DNA from: Octopus vulgaris
Taxonomy: Eukaryota
NCBI GenBank assembly: GCA_951406725.2
Contig: OX597826.1
Location: forward strand, 56,606,001-56,670,000
DNA: 64,000 nt
Direction of reading: 5' to 3'
A program made the position numbers and the translations under genes. The notes beneath the pieces were generated by a model. The model searched no databases and was not told where the DNA came from. It saw only the letters and a list, made by a program, of their open reading frames with translations. How positions within the stretch are numbered: the stretch's first letter is position 1; each line of letters starts with the position of its first letter. This document shows, piece after piece, positions 38,121 to 53,434 of this stretch.

Positions 38121-40656
38121 CTGCCCATGTGGAAAAATTGAAACCATTATTACTACTACTACTACTACTATTTGATCTTGTTTATTGCTGGTTTAAAGAA
38201 TGCTTATAAATATAGTTGTTTTAGGCAGAAGGGTTCCTACACTTGGCCTGAATTGAAGTGGAAGTGGTAAGGGACCAATTTGATCATTTGAGCGATATTA
38301 GTATTTAATTATTATTGCTACAGATGGAATAGACATGAGGTCTAGAAAAAGTGAAACATAAATGAGAAAGAGAGGGAGATGATACTATTGAAATGGTTTG
38401 GGGTATGGATGGCATGGAAGAGATGAGTAGTAAGTTGAGTAGAGCGGAGACTATTGAAGCTGCAGCAGAAGAAGCAAAAAGATGGTACAGTTCTATGGTA
38501 GGTCAGAGTTTGGAAGAGTTATATTACAGTTGTTGTGTTCTTCTCTAAAAAGCTGGAAACTTCAAAATTTTTCTTGATGTAAGTTGGAATGGTGAGCCTC
38601 TGTGTGTGTGTGTGGGGGGGTGATATGTAGGTTCAATAGGCTGTGTGAGAGCAATTCTTTTTAATGTGTGGTTGTATGTGTTTTGCAGCGAGTTTAGCAG
38701 CTGTTTTGGTGGAGAAAGTGATAGGTGAAACCAATAAACTCTGCCATTTTAACAATCATTCAATGTAGTTATCCCATCTAGAATGTTAAGCAGAGTAGAG
38801 AAAATGTGGACAACACACCTGCTACTCAGGGTTACTTTGTTGTTTGTTTTGTATTTCTCTACCAAAACCCTTCGTCCAGAAATACTTCATTGCTCTTTTT
38901 AGAAAAAGCATGGAACCTTACTGAATAGATCAGCAAAGAAACCATCTGCTTTGCTACAGAAGGCCAAAGAGCAACTTTAATCTTTCCTTTTAAGTAAGAC
39001 CCAACAGAAAATAGAGATGAAAAGGCGAAAATCTGTATTTGTGTGTTTATGCAAACTTGCATATATGTATGAATGTACCCACATACACACACACACACAC
39101 ATTTAAGTGTTAGTGCATGTGTGTGTGTGTGTTCACATGCATAAGCATGATCATCATAATGAACCTTATATACAACAGTAAGCCCATTTCCAATTCACCA
39201 ATTCATTTTGCACAATCTATCAAGGAAGGTGAGGAAGGGTTATTCTGATTTGGCAGTGACTACAGAACCCTAATAAATTCCAAGATCTTATTCATCAAAA
39301 GCTGTCCTTTTCAGTGATAGATTCATAGACTTCAACAGAAACTGGCTGCTGATTATAAGATCAAGAAGAAGAATGATAGAAATATGTTCAAATATTTATT
39401 CATTTAATCATAACATATCAAATATTTATTAACTTTATCAATAAATATTTTGAAAGATATTTTATTAACTTTATCGATATATAAATATTTACAAAGATAT
39501 ATATAGACAATAATTGTATGATAATATAACAAATATTTATCAACTCTTTCAGCAGAATAATTCTTTCTCACGTATTCTTAGTCTCTCTCTCTCTCTCTCT
39601 TTTTCTCTCTCTTCAAACAGACACGCTCAATGTGACTTTTGAGAAGTCTCACAATAGTTATACACCTTCATGTTTAGAATCCAAGGTTTGATTTATTGAT
39701 CTAAAAAAGCAAAGGGGGTTTTATAGCATTTCTATTAATGAGCGGACATTGGTAAAGTGAACAATGCAAAAAAATATTTTTAGCTACAAATTTAGATTGA
39801 ACCCACTTGCCTGTGTTTCAAAAGCTAGCTTTATTATTCCGTATTGCCATGCTAACCTCAAAATAATGAGAAAAAAAAAAACAAAAAGCAAACAAAAAAA
39901 AAAACAAACACACATTCATCTTCAGCCAGCCCACCCACCAACCTACGCCAGAACCATTACAAACCACCAATGCCTGGACACATCAAGAAAAGTAAGGAAA
40001 AAAAGAAAAGAAAATAGCCTAATCCCACAATTCATAGCAGCTTAACTAAGCCATTAAAGCTCAACTTTATTATTACATCAGCTTTGAAGTTACAAGACAA
40101 TGGGTTTGTCCCTTTACCAAAAATAACATAAAAAGGTTTGCTGAACACTAAATTTCACACCTTAATTATGATCAGCAAGCAATAATTTTGTTGCTCAGAA
40201 TTTCAGAAGTTTGTTTATTTTTATTATTTTATTTTATTTCACACACACACACTCACACACATACACATATATATGTATATATATATATATCAGAACGCCT
40301 AATATTTTATAATGTAGCTATTTCCAAATTGAGAGCTCAGGTTTACGATTGTTCCTGGCACTACTAGCCAGATTTAATACATATTGGAATACAGTCATTT
40401 TTTTTTTACATATATTTCTTTTTGTGTTTTTTTTTTTTAGTTTTTATTTATTTTTATATATAACATCTAAGGAAATCTAACTAACTGTTTGTTACATAGA
40501 CCATTTCAGAGATGTAAAAATCAATAATACAGTGGAACCTAACAACATAAGCTAACATACCTAAGTGAATTGCTGGTAACCGTAGTAACCATTTCTTTAA
40601 TGGAGGTAGAGGGGATGGTTATGGTAGTGGCAAATAAAATGTAAATGGGCAAAGTA

Positions 40657-40715
<59 letters not shown>

Positions 40716-42091
40716 TAACAACAACTACAACAATAATAAAACAGAAATAAATTGTCCATTTTCGAAAATTTTACAAGAGAAGAAAACCTGACATTTACTG
40801 GTGTATCTTTCTATATTCGAGATTAAATAAACTCCTGGTTCAAAATTAGCACCACCAGAAGAAACACTTAAAAGGATTTCTTTCCAAAATCTTACAGAAC
40901 TGCACCCACTAAATTCAGCCAATTTGGCAAGAATCTTAAGCAAGTTTTGGCTCAGTAAAGAAATTTAATTAGTTGAAACCAGCCTTAGGTGTTCATGTCG
41001 AGCACGCAGAAGAACCAACGTTGAACTGTGTGTGTATGTGTGTATCGATTGGTTAGACAGATCTAAGAGCCAAAGTAGCTGGTAGCTACAACTGGATAGA
41101 TAGATAGATAGATAGATAGATGGATAGATAGATAGATAGATAGATAGGTAAAGTGGTTAGGTAAGGAAGTAGGTAATCAAACTATCTTTATGGTGAATAC
41201 TTATAAAGTAATGGCAATTCTTCAGAAAGACGTGGAATACATGAAGGTCGAAGACCATCACTGCCACAACCACCATAACCACCACCACCACCACCACCTC
41301 AAAAACTGCTGCCACCACCATCATTTTAATCATTACTACCAGCCTTACTGACCACTGCTACCACTATTACACTGAGCCTCCTACTCCACCATCATAAATA
41401 CCACTGTAATCACCACCACCACCACCAATGCTAACACCTCCCCACCACAATGACTATTATTACCACCACCACCACCACAACTGCAATCATCACCAACCAC
41501 TACTAGTGCTACTCCACCACCACCACCACCACCACCACCACCACCTACCTCATGCTTCCAACTTCCATCTAAAGTTGTCAGGCTATATTCGAAAGGTGGC
41601 ATCAGGTGGCCAAGTTTAATCACGTCCACACAATCGCTCCACATACCAAGAGAAGTGCAGATAGGAAGAAGAAAGAAAGAAAGAAAGAGAAAAACTGAAG
41701 GAGTGGGGGGGGGGGGGAGAAAACTTGGAGGCTTGAATTCTTGAATATCAAAACTAGTCTGATTGATATGCGCTTCAGCTGACCTTTTCTAAGTAAAATA
41801 GCCTGGAAGAGTTTAACACTCTTCTCAAATTGAAATAACTTACAGAATGAGATAATTAAAGAAAACAACCATTTTTACCTCTCTCTCTCTCTCTCTCTCT
41901 CTCCCTCCCTCCCTTTCTCTCTCTCATCACTGAAAGTGAAACTGGCTTTCTTTCCCTCACACTTCTCAGCAACTTTTGCTTTGCCAAATAGATTATACAA
42001 AGACAAACATAATACTCATACATACATACAGACAGACACAGATGCAAACATATGCACATGTAAATATAAATATGCACACATACAAAGCCTT

Positions 42092-42132
<41 letters not shown>

Positions 42133-43733
42133 TACATACAAAGACATAAAAAGTACATATGCAACAAAAACATAAAAAGCACACATACAAAAACATAAAA
42201 AGATACACACAGACACAAATAAATGCACAAGCAGATACACACTTGTACTCATACATATGCATGCACACACACATATAAACAAACACACAGAGAGGGATGG
42301 TCATTTGCATACACCTATATATATACAAAGATGTATACATAGCAACAGACAACTGCACATACCTACACAGGAGCGTGTGCTTGCATTTCATTGTCAATGT
42401 ATCATTGGAAACGACATTTAGATGATCGAAACAATACTGCATTACCTCTGCTTCTACATTAGAGAGTGTCACTGTCAAGGAAGACAACTCAACAATGCTA
42501 ACATGTTCAAAATGGGTTCGTTTATTGTAGGTCACACACTGAGCAGAATGTGCGATGTAATGGTTATTATCTTTGCAACATCGCTTTTTTTTTTCTATGT
42601 CTTTTTTGTCTTTTTTTTTTTGTTAATTCAAAGATTGTTGATTCAAGCAAGATACTGTTGATGTTGTCAAACTAAAGATTAATGCCGTATTGAGTTTTTA
42701 AAACCAGAGAGTGTCATAAAAGTTAGTTCACAGAAATAAAGGCACACACACACACGCACACGCACAAAAAAAACAACTTAATAATAATTAATAAAAAAAA
42801 ATATTGAGTGGGGAGGGATTTGAGACTTTCCTCCATGTTCTGAAAAAACGAGAAAAAAAAAAATGTCAATTTTTGAGGCCTGATGTAACAGAATATTATA
42901 ATTAAAGGGAATAAAATTGAAGGGAAATACTCTTTTCCAGATTTCACCAATAGCAGGCACAAAAGGAAATATAAAATGTTATCATCAACTGTCATTGTTC
43001 ATGGTGATTACTACTATCACCACCATCACCACAATTATCATTATTACTATCATTATTATCATTATCATTATTATTATTGTTATCATCATCATCATCATTA
43101 TTATCCAGGCCTTGTGCCAACAGCAGAAAGAATTATTATCATTATTTTCTTGCTGCTGCTGTTATTATTATTATTATTATTATTACACTTTGCTACAGCG
43201 CAATCCAGATCTGAATCTTGATACCACTAACAAGCCAGAAGTCACCAAGTACTGTGAAGAAGTGTTGGTAGCAGTGGAGGTGGTAAAGTAGTGGTTGTGG
43301 TATAGGGTGGGGTGGGAGGAGAGAGAGAGAGGGAGACCACATCAACTGGTTGATGATCCAAGCAGTTAATGGGTGGAAATTGTAAATGTCAAATATATAT
43401 ATATATATATATATATATACCTACACATACAGATTAAATATGTGTGTATACATACATAAATATATATATATAATTCCATGATATTCTGTCTTCTTTAACC
43501 CTCTCACCCTAATTCCCTTTCTATCATCAAACACCTATTTTACCCTTTCAGTCCCTTTTTGAACAAATATTGACAACAATTAAGTCAGTGAAGATTCAGT
43601 TTTTCAGAGGAAAAGGTAACTTCTGTAGTGTTGGTGCCCTGATAAAATGCATCCATTTCCTGTCAAGGAAAGACAAACATATAGGGTACAGAGGACTGTT
43701 TAGTCTACTCTTACTGAGAACATGGCAACCTCT

Positions 43734-43965
43734 GCAGTGCTGGCACCATGGTAAAATGCATCGATATATTCTGTAAAGTGGTTGGTATTATAAAGGGGTG
43801 ACCAATCATAGAAACCATGCCAAAATTGGAGGTTCTAGTGATGTATAATCACTGACCTGTCTAATAGGAAAGTGACTCCAAACAATAATTGGTTAAGAAT
43901 ATGATGACCTGTCCAACCCATGCCAGCATGGAAAGGGGCTGTAAAATGATGATTATGATGATGAT
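43734..43965 (+). mobile_element. Family C repeat with (GAT)n tail
   Basis: 'ctgtaaagtggttggtatta...gaaaccatgccaaa...gtccaacccatgccagcatggaaag...gtaaaatgatgat'. Confidence 0.65.
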
Positions 43966-44289
43966 TATGTTATAAGAGAGAGTGATGACTGTCAACAATG
44001 AAGGGAGGTACTAAAAGTAATGGATAACAATGAAGATGTGTGGTGTGTATGAGACAGAGAGAGAGAGGGAGGGAGAGAGAGGGGGGAGAGAGAGAATGAT
44101 ATACAAACAGTAATCAATGTTACTAACTATTGAGCTTGAGACAGATGGGGGTGATGGCTATCAAGAGGGAAAGGTGATGTAGGGGGCATTGAATACAAAT
44201 AGTTGAAATAAATCTAATGCCATCCATTTTACACATATGTTTATGTAAATATATGATCAATCTTTACTTCAGCTTTTCCATGCATACTA

Positions 44290-44326
<37 letters not shown>

Positions 44327-45077
44327 AAGAAAGAGAGAGAGAGAGAGAGACTAATGGCCACACCACTGTGCAAATTAGTTTATCCATGCCTGATTTGAAA
44401 ACTGATAAAGAGGTTAGTAAGTGGCAGTAGGTATCATTAATTAAAATGATATGGTACTGATACTAATTTTAACTAAATAATAGGGCATGTGTGTGTGTGT
44501 GAGGGAGAGAGGGAGGGAGTAGGAGAGCCGACGGGGGGGGGAAAAAGAGTAGGAAACCTCAGAGAGTATGATAAAGAGAATGTGAGAATAGAGAGAGAGA
44601 AGAGAATGAATAAACATGAGATAAACTAAAACTAAAAGCCGACAAGAAATCATCATCATCATCAACATCATCATCAATATTATCACAACACAGCATTGTT
44701 GATATTTTATGTGTCAGCTTTTTCATAACATTTGGTTAGACAAATTTTTTTTTTTTTTTACATCTCATCCCCCACCACCCCCACTCTCTTCCTCTCAAAT
44801 CTCTCTTGCTATTTCAGGTTATCTTTGAGGTCACCATTACCTTAACATAAAAGAGTTACCTCCCTCCACCATCATAACAACAACCACCACCACCACCACC
44901 ACCACCACTGCAACATTTTCTATCCCATAATTCCCTGCCACTCTTGTACACCCATATCATAGCAATGTTTTATAAATAGCTTTTTACAATCCCTTCAGTA
45001 CTTTTACAATTTTTCTTTTAGCTAAATATATCTAGGATTTATATATCCATGACAGAGACAGTAATAACACCAAAAGG

Positions 45078-45347
45078 TAATATTTACCCCCCACTTAAAC
45101 AAGGATGTCCTATTAGGACAAACCATACTACAGCAATTACCATGAGAGGAACTTTTGTATTGGCTTTTTGATGCAAACTGCACTCTTGTTTATATCACTC
45201 ACAGTATGTGGGGGAGGAATTTCCCCATCAGCAATATAAATCAGAGTGCATTTTGCACCAAAAAGCCAATATCAGTTTCTTTCATGGTAACCACAGCAGT
45301 ATAGTTTGTCCTAATAGGACATCATGTTTAAGTGAGAATAAATATTA
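45078..45347. mobile_element. Fold-back MITE-like element with ~120-bp inverted arms
   Basis: The left arm 45078-45199 and right arm 45230-45347 are reverse complements, e.g. 'gatgtcctattaggacaaac' / 'gtttgtcctaataggacatc' and 'tattggcttttt' / 'aaaaagccaata'. Confidence 0.8.
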
Positions 45348-45729
45348 TATCTCAGATTTGTTTAGGATTGAACCCAAGATATAAAATTTCTAACAGTACT
45401 AAATAAATAAACTAAGTGCCATTATTTTGTTCTTATTTTCTTTCTTTATTCTCTATGCTTGTAAATTGATAAGCATTATGTCCCAATATAGAAAAAGTCA
45501 TGAAAGACTTTATAGTTTAGACTTTTCTTCTATAGGTTCCATGACCATCACTAAAAACATTGTTTAATTGTGGTGTATCTCTTAGCAATTCAGTTGAGAA
45601 GTGCCCATCACACTCTTGAGTTATATATACTCACATTCTACAGCTCAACTGAGGTCCTGCACCAAGCTAAACACTCACTATAGCTGCAATTATATCCCCT
45701 GCAATCCCTAAGCAATACACCCACTGCAA

Positions 45730-46218
45730 ACAATCATTGTTTTAATGTCCACTTTCCCATGCTTGCATTGGTTGGACTTACATTTGTATATACATACATA
45801 TGTATATGCATACTTACATATTAACATTTGTTGAAGCAGATTTCTTATAGCTTGTTTTCAAGTAAAGTAACATTCCCTGTGACCAGACGTGATTTCACAG
45901 AAGACTGGAAACAAAGGACACCACTTGCATGATGGTAACATTCGTTTACAGCTATTATGTGGAGCCAAGCCAAAGAGACTGTAACGCATACACACAGAGA
46001 GGTTTCTTTCAGTTTCCTTCTACCAAGCATATGTGTGTATGTGTATATATATATGACAGGCTTCTTTTAGTTTTCATCTACCAAATCCACTCACAAGCCT
46101 TAGGTTGGTCCAAGGGTATATTAAAAGATACTTGTCCAAGGTGTTGCACAATGGGACTGAACTCAGAACCATGTGGTTGTGAAGCAACATTCTTACCACA
46201 CAACCATACATGCTCCTA
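45730..46218 (-). mobile_element. SINE family A head and core (46055-46218) with an alternative body
   Basis: 'ccaaatccactcacaag...cttgtccaaggtg...gggactgaactcagaaccatgtggttg...cttaccacacaacca'. Confidence 0.7.
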
Positions 46219-46551
46219 TATGGTGGTCTCTATTTACTTACACCATGCTACTCTTTGCTTTACAAAATCTAACCTTACTCTTCACTATAAAAACCAGTAT
46301 CGGTAAAAGTGAGGATAGGCATTTGGCAAAGAGGAATAAATTAGTTTGCCATGAGGAAAAGAAGAAATTTGATGTTTGGGCCTGGCCTTGAGCCCTTCGT
46401 CTTTTTTACACTCCTATTGAGAATTATTTTTAAAAAACTATCTTTGTTTCTACTCGCCATTCTAGTGGTAGCAGTAGTAGTGGTGTTGAGAATCTGGAAA
46501 AGGGGTAGACCATGATTATTTAAAGATGAATGAGAGGAGAGAGTGAGTGAG

Positions 46552-46601
<50 letters not shown>

Positions 46602-46767
46602 TGGCTTGTATTTAGTTCAGTGGAAATAAATGCAAGAGCTTCGGAACTGCACAGGAACCTAACACAAACCTCCATTACGTTAATTGTGATAAGCACATGC
46701 ATGCACATAGCTATCCATATCCATGTGTACCCATACACACACACAAACACACTCATTCATACTCATG

Positions 46768-46826
<59 letters not shown>

Positions 46827-48226
46827 TTCGTGAATACACAATGGCAGTGTTCATCGAGGATGGCAGACAGACAACAAAAGGGGTGAAGAAAGGGAGCAGT
46901 AGAAGAGTAGCTGGGTGAAAAAGGGGTGCCTCAGTAAAATAGAAACAGTTGTCAATGACAACATGGAGGAGAGGATGGGAGTAGTTGCAGAGGGTGGGGA
47001 GAAGGGGGAATGAGGAGGAGGAGGGAGAAGAGAGACAAGAATGGGTCACCACCAAGAGAGAATGAATTGAGTAAGGAGGAAAGGAGAGCAACAACAAACA
47101 GTCTAACTTCAAAGGCAACAACAACAACAACAACAACAACAACAGCACCAACTGATATTATAAAAAGCAACAATGAAAATATAGAAGATTATCATTATTG
47201 TTGCTGTTGTTGTTGTCGTCGCCGTCATCATCATGTGGAAATTCTTTGCTCTCCCCTAAATATACTTTTGCCTGGTGGAATGTCCGATTAATCCGAGCGG
47301 AAACAAGAAAACTAGCAGATTCAGTTTAAAAGGTTCTGCAGCTCAGAAATATAAAAATAATAATAATAATAAAAAAAAAAAAAGAGAAATATTGTGTGCA
47401 ATTTTTTTTTAAAATTGAGGATGGGGTGGGGTATAAAGGAGACTGGAGAAAAAGAAAGAGTAAGGAAAGATTTAAACTCTTCCATCAGTTAAAAAATATG
47501 AAATAAAGACACAGCAAAAAAAACTTCAATGTAGGGAAGGAAAAAAAAATGTATACTTTTTTTTTTTTTTTTTAATATAAAGTAAAGGGATTTGTGGGCA
47601 GAAAAAAATCTCAGAATAAAGAACCCCTTAGAAAAAAATCTAAACGAAAAACTTGTAAACTTACATTTAGGAAAGGAGAAAAGAATTTACTTAAATAGCT
47701 AAAAGAATAATTGAATTATTCACAATGATTATGACAACAATGATGATAATGTTATTATTATTATTATTATTATTAAAGATATTATTATTATTATTATTAT
47801 TAATCAGTATAAATATCCCTCTTTCCATGTTATTAATGCTAGTAAAGGAATTACAGTTTATTCGTGTAAAATATTTTGTCAAGAGTGAAGTTCTATTCTA
47901 ATCCTTTCTTAGGAAATTAAATGGTTGAAAACCAAGAATTTATTACTGTTTTATTGCAAAGATATAAGGTCTGACGTTCTTTAGTTGTTTATTAAAATGA
48001 ATTCAATGAGAATTGTTTGTTTGTTTGTTTATTTGTTTATTTGTTGTTTTGTTTTGTAGTTGTTGTTTTTCTTTTGACTTTGATAATGTTAATAGTGTTG
48101 GTGGTTAGAGTAAAACTTTGGTGGTAGACAAATATTGCTAGAAATAATGAGCTTTGTTATTACATAAGGATTAAAATTACATATATTCACTTGCAAACAA
48201 ACTGCATGTGTGTATGTATGTACGTA

Positions 48227-48257
<31 letters not shown>

Positions 48258-49148
48258 ATGCACATTGCACTATATATAAGAATCTGTACCGAACTGTGTA
48301 GGTGTTTCTATGCATATTTGAATATTTATATATATATACGCATATATATATATACATACATATGCATATATACATACACATATATATATACATATATACA
48401 TGCATATGTATATACACATACATGCATATGTATATATGCATATACATATAAATATATACACATGCATATATATATATAAATACATATATATACATGCACA
48501 CACACACACACACACACATATATACATGCACATATGTATATATAGATGCATATATGTATATATACATGCATATATGTATACATACATGCATATATATATA
48601 TATGCACATATATATATATACATGCACATATATATATATATACATGCACATATGTATATATAGATGCATATATGTATACATACATGCATATATGTATACA
48701 TACATGCATATATATATACATGCATATATATATATACATGCACATATATATACATGCACATATATATATATACATGCACATATATATATATATATAGAGA
48801 GAGAGACACATACATACATGCATACACATGCATGTGCTTACATACACATCTGCATACATACACACTATATATGTACACAAGCATATATGATAATGCATTG
48901 CATCTATTCTATGTAGGATGTAATTGTAATAAAAGATGAAAAGTTAAAATATAAATATTTAAGAACATTAGAAGAACAAGAGCAGCAGCAGCAAGAACAA
49001 CAACAACAACAATGCCAATAACAACCACAGTAATAAACAGCTTCCACCATTGGCTTTATTGTTTTAGATTAAAATGAAAGACCAAAACCTTACTTAAACA
49101 AAAGCCCAATTGTAGCTTGGTTTACTCTAGTGTGTAAGGGAGGGGGAA

Positions 49149-49180
<32 letters not shown>

Positions 49181-49264
49181 GGAGAGAAAGAGAGAGAGAG
49201 GGAGAGAGAGAGAAAGAGAGGAATTGAGGAATTGAAGAAGGGAAGTAAAATGATGGAAAGAGAA

Positions 49265-49341
<77 letters not shown>

Positions 49342-49661
49342 GTATATATATACATATGTATGTATATATATGTATGTATGTGTATGTGTATATATATATG
49401 TATGTATGTGTGTATATATATATATATGTGTATATATATATATATATATATACACATATATGTTTGTATATACACATACAAAGAGAGAGAGAGAGGTGGG
49501 GAGAAGAGAAGGAAGACAGAAATGAAGAGAAATATAATATGAAGAAAGTGAAGAACAATGTATTTGGGAGAAAAATGATAGATATGTAAAAGGAAATGAA
49601 AGCTATGTAGATAAATGAATTCATATATATATATATATATATATATGATAGATAGATAGAT

Positions 49662-49733
<72 letters not shown>

Positions 49734-50060
49734 GCAGGCACTCAGGTATAGAAGGGGGGGAAGATGGAAGGAAAGTATGTGAAAATGGAATGGAAAGTAG
49801 GTGAGAAAGAAAAAAAAGAAAAGGAAAGTGAAAGTAGGTCTAAGTTAAGAAAAAAGGGGGAAAAGTGTTAAAGAATAGTAGTTTGAGAGAGAGAGAGAGA
49901 GAGAGAGAGTGATATGGAATAAAAGGAAAGTGAATAGACAAGTTTAGAGAGATGCTGAGGAACAAAGATATTTCTGAGCGAGTATGACAGAGGAAGAGAT
50001 TGAGAAAGTGAAAGTAGAGGAGAGAGAATGGAGTAAGAGTAAAAGTATTTGGGAAAGAGA

Positions 50061-50094
<34 letters not shown>

Positions 50095-50718
50095 AGGGGG
50101 GGTGAGAGAACAAGAAAGAGGATAGAAATATGATAAAGTATGCGTGTAACAGAGGAAAACAGAACAAGAAATGATTGTAGGAGAAAGAGAAGGAGAGAGA
50201 AAGAGAGAGAGTGGGGGGGTGGGGGTGTAATTTTTATATTTTAGTTTTCTCAATGTTTTGTTATTATTTTTCGAAAAATTGTTATTCCGATGTTTGTTTA
50301 TTTGGCTGCCATGTTTTGTTTTGTTTTGCTTTGTTTTTCTAAAATGTTGTGTAATAGGGAAAGAATGAGAAGAGATAAGGAGAAACATGTGGAGATTCCA
50401 TCATTGCTAGGAACACTGAGATACCAGGGAGTGATGGTGATGGTGATGGTGATGGTGTTGGCGGCGGTGGTGGTGCTGGTGGTGGTGGGGATGTGGAAAT
50501 CTTTAATTGGTGTTTTCTGGTGGAGTGGTAGTGTGACGGTTGTGGTGGTGGTGGTGGTGGTGGTGGTAGCAGAAAAGAGACAGACTGGTGCAGGTAGGGT
50601 TGAGTGAGTTTGTGTGTGTATAGATACATATTATATACACATAAGTATGCATGTATGTATACACATGCATACATACTAATGTATACAAATCTATGTTCTT
50701 ATACTTTCATATGTATAT

Positions 50719-50996
50719 ATACCTACATACTTATCCATAAATATGTATATACATCCATATACACACAAACGTATGTATGTATATACTGCATGTATTTATG
50801 TACATATATATGTGTGTCTATATACATTATATATATATATATAAATACACATATACATATCTACATACCTACATACTTATCCATAAATATGTATATACAT
50901 CCATATACACACAAATGTATGTATGTATATACTGCATGTATATATGTGTCTATATACATTTTATATATATATATAAATACACATATACATATCTAT
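50719..50996. repeat. ~147-bp tandem duplication of a compound microsatellite
   Basis: 'atacctacatacttatccataaatatgtatatacatccatatacacacaaa' starts at about 50719 and again at about 50865. Confidence 0.85.
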
Positions 50997-51267
50997 GTGT
51001 ATACATACAAGGAGAGAAAGGAGGGCAAGAGAAAGAATCTAAAGGAGAAGTTGGGGAAGTGGCACAGTGGCGCGGGTAGAATTTTGAGGCTGTGTAGTGG
51101 GGAAAGAGAAAAAGGTAAAGAAGCAGAGGTTTTGAGGTCGTACAAAAGGAGAAGGATCAAGTAAGAGATGGGAGAGAAATTATGCATATATGAATAAGAG
51201 GGGACAGACAAGAAACTGGGTAGGAAGAGTGGCAGAACAGCGCAGGTAGATTTTTGAACCTAGGTGA

Positions 51268-51302
<35 letters not shown>

Positions 51303-52952
51303 TATTTGTCTATATAGACATGCACATGCTTACATGAAGGAAGATAGATAGATAGAGAGAGAGAGAAAAAAAAAAGAGGATAAGAGGAAGGAAGGAGAAA
51401 GAGAGGCAGAGGCAATCAATGCAAAACTACAACTTGTGAAAGTCGGCCACTGGTGGCGACTGCGGAAAAATGGGCAATCTGGGAATCACTAAGTTCAAAT
51501 ATCTAATTAGCACACTCATTCCTTTTTCTAGACGCCACTCAATTTGGCTGCCATTTCCCCTCTTCTTTCTGTCTCTGTCGCTCTGTCTCTTTCTCTTTCT
51601 CTCCATCTCACCCTCCTTTTGTCTCTCTCTGTCTGTCTGTCTCTCTGTCTCACCCTCTCTCTTTACGCTCACTAAATACTGTCTCACACCAAATGCAGCT
51701 GTATAAAAAGCGAATAGCGCCAAAATGCAAAATAGATGAATGACACAGCTATGCAACTAGGATCTACAACAACAACAACAACAAGAACAACAACTGGGAC
51801 ACACAGACAGAAGAAATAGGGATTGGTGGATGAGTGGTGGATGGTGGTGGTGGTGGTGAGGGTGGGTTGGAAGATGGAGGAGGTGTGTTAGTGTAGTGGA
51901 GAGAAATGTGTCTAGGGAGTTCTGTGGAGAATGCACGGAACTTTTGTCTTGTGTGTGTGTGTGTGTGTGTGTTTTGTGGGCAGCAGCAGTTTGTGAAATG
52001 TAGGGAGTTTTAAATAGAAAGAATGAGGAAAGAGAGAGAGAGTGAGAGAAAGAAAGAGAGGGAGAGAGGAGGAAAGGGGAGAGGTAAAGGAAGGAACAGA
52101 AAGAAGCGTAGAAAGAGAAGGGTGAGTTTAAAGTAGAAAAAGAAGAAAGGGAACACAAAATAGAAAGGGGTAAGGGGAGACAGAATAGAAAGAGAGAGGG
52201 ATAAAGAGATAGAGACAAAGAGAGTGAGAGAGAGACGAGAGAGAGAGAGAAGTGCAAGAAGAGTAATAAGAGCAGGAACATCAAATAGAAACAAGAGAAA
52301 GAGAGAGAAAGGAGGGAGAGAGAGAGAAAGGAGAGAGAGAGAGGCAAGAGAATATTCTAAAAAGAGCAAAGGGGAGAGGAAGGGGATTTCTTGTGATATT
52401 AATGAGATATTAATTAATTTATTTAAAAATATAAAAATATGAAATTATGTGAAATTGTATGTTAGAAATGTAAAAACTTAACTTCACACACACACACACA
52501 CACACTCATTTGTATCTATACATTTGTAATTAAATTTATGCATGTGCTATGGATTTTCACGCACACACAAATGCATACGAATACACACACATACACTTGC
52601 ACAACATGTCTATTATGCATCCATGCGCATGTCTAACAAAGATACATATGAGGAATTTGTGACAATGTTAAGAGCAGTGACGAGAAACATTGGTAGGTGT
52701 GGTGGTTGTAATAGTAATGACAGTAGTGGTTATAGTGGTAGTAATGGTGGTCGCAATGGTAGTGCTAATGGTGATTGTAGTGGTGGTGGTGGTGGTGGCA
52801 ACAGAGGTAGTGGTGATGGTAGTTAGAGTAGTCATAACAATGAGAGGGGAAATGATGCAGAAAATTTCAACAAGGAATTAAGGTGTTGGACTTGTAGGTA
52901 CCTGGGTGTGAGACATGTGTACAATGGAGTGTTGAACATGTAGATATATATA

Positions 52953-53308
52953 TAGGTACAGGCATTGCTTCCCAACCACATGGTTCTGGTTTCAGTCCTA
53001 CTGCATGACACCTTGGGCAAGTGTCTTTCACTATATAGTCTTGGGCTGACCAAAGGCTTGTGAGTGGATTTGGTAGATGGAAACTGAAAGAAGCCCATAG
53101 TTTGTGTGTGTGAGTGTGTGTGTGTGTGTGTTTGTCGCCTATCACAGCTTGACAACCTGTGTTGGTAAGTTTATGTCCTCATAACCTTGCAGTTCGGCAA
53201 AAGAGACTGATAGAATAAGTACCAGGCTTAAAATAAAAATAAGTTCTAGGGTTGATCCACTCAGCTAAAAATTCTTCAAGGTGGTGCCCCAGCATGGCCA
53301 CAGTCATG
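52953..53308 (+). mobile_element. SINE family A in plus orientation
   Basis: 'ccaaccacatggttctggtttcagtccta...caccttgggcaagtgtc...gtggatttggtagatggaaactgaaagaagccc...(GT)n...gatagaataagtacc...ccagcatggccacagtc'. Confidence 0.85.
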
Positions 53309-53434
53309 ATAAGGGTATTTGATATGTAAACACATGAATGCAGGTTATGTAGATACTTAGCTGTTTGATTTGGATACGAGGTACTATGCAGATATCTTAT
53401 ACCTTTCTGTTATGAAGGAGTTTCTGGCAGTACC

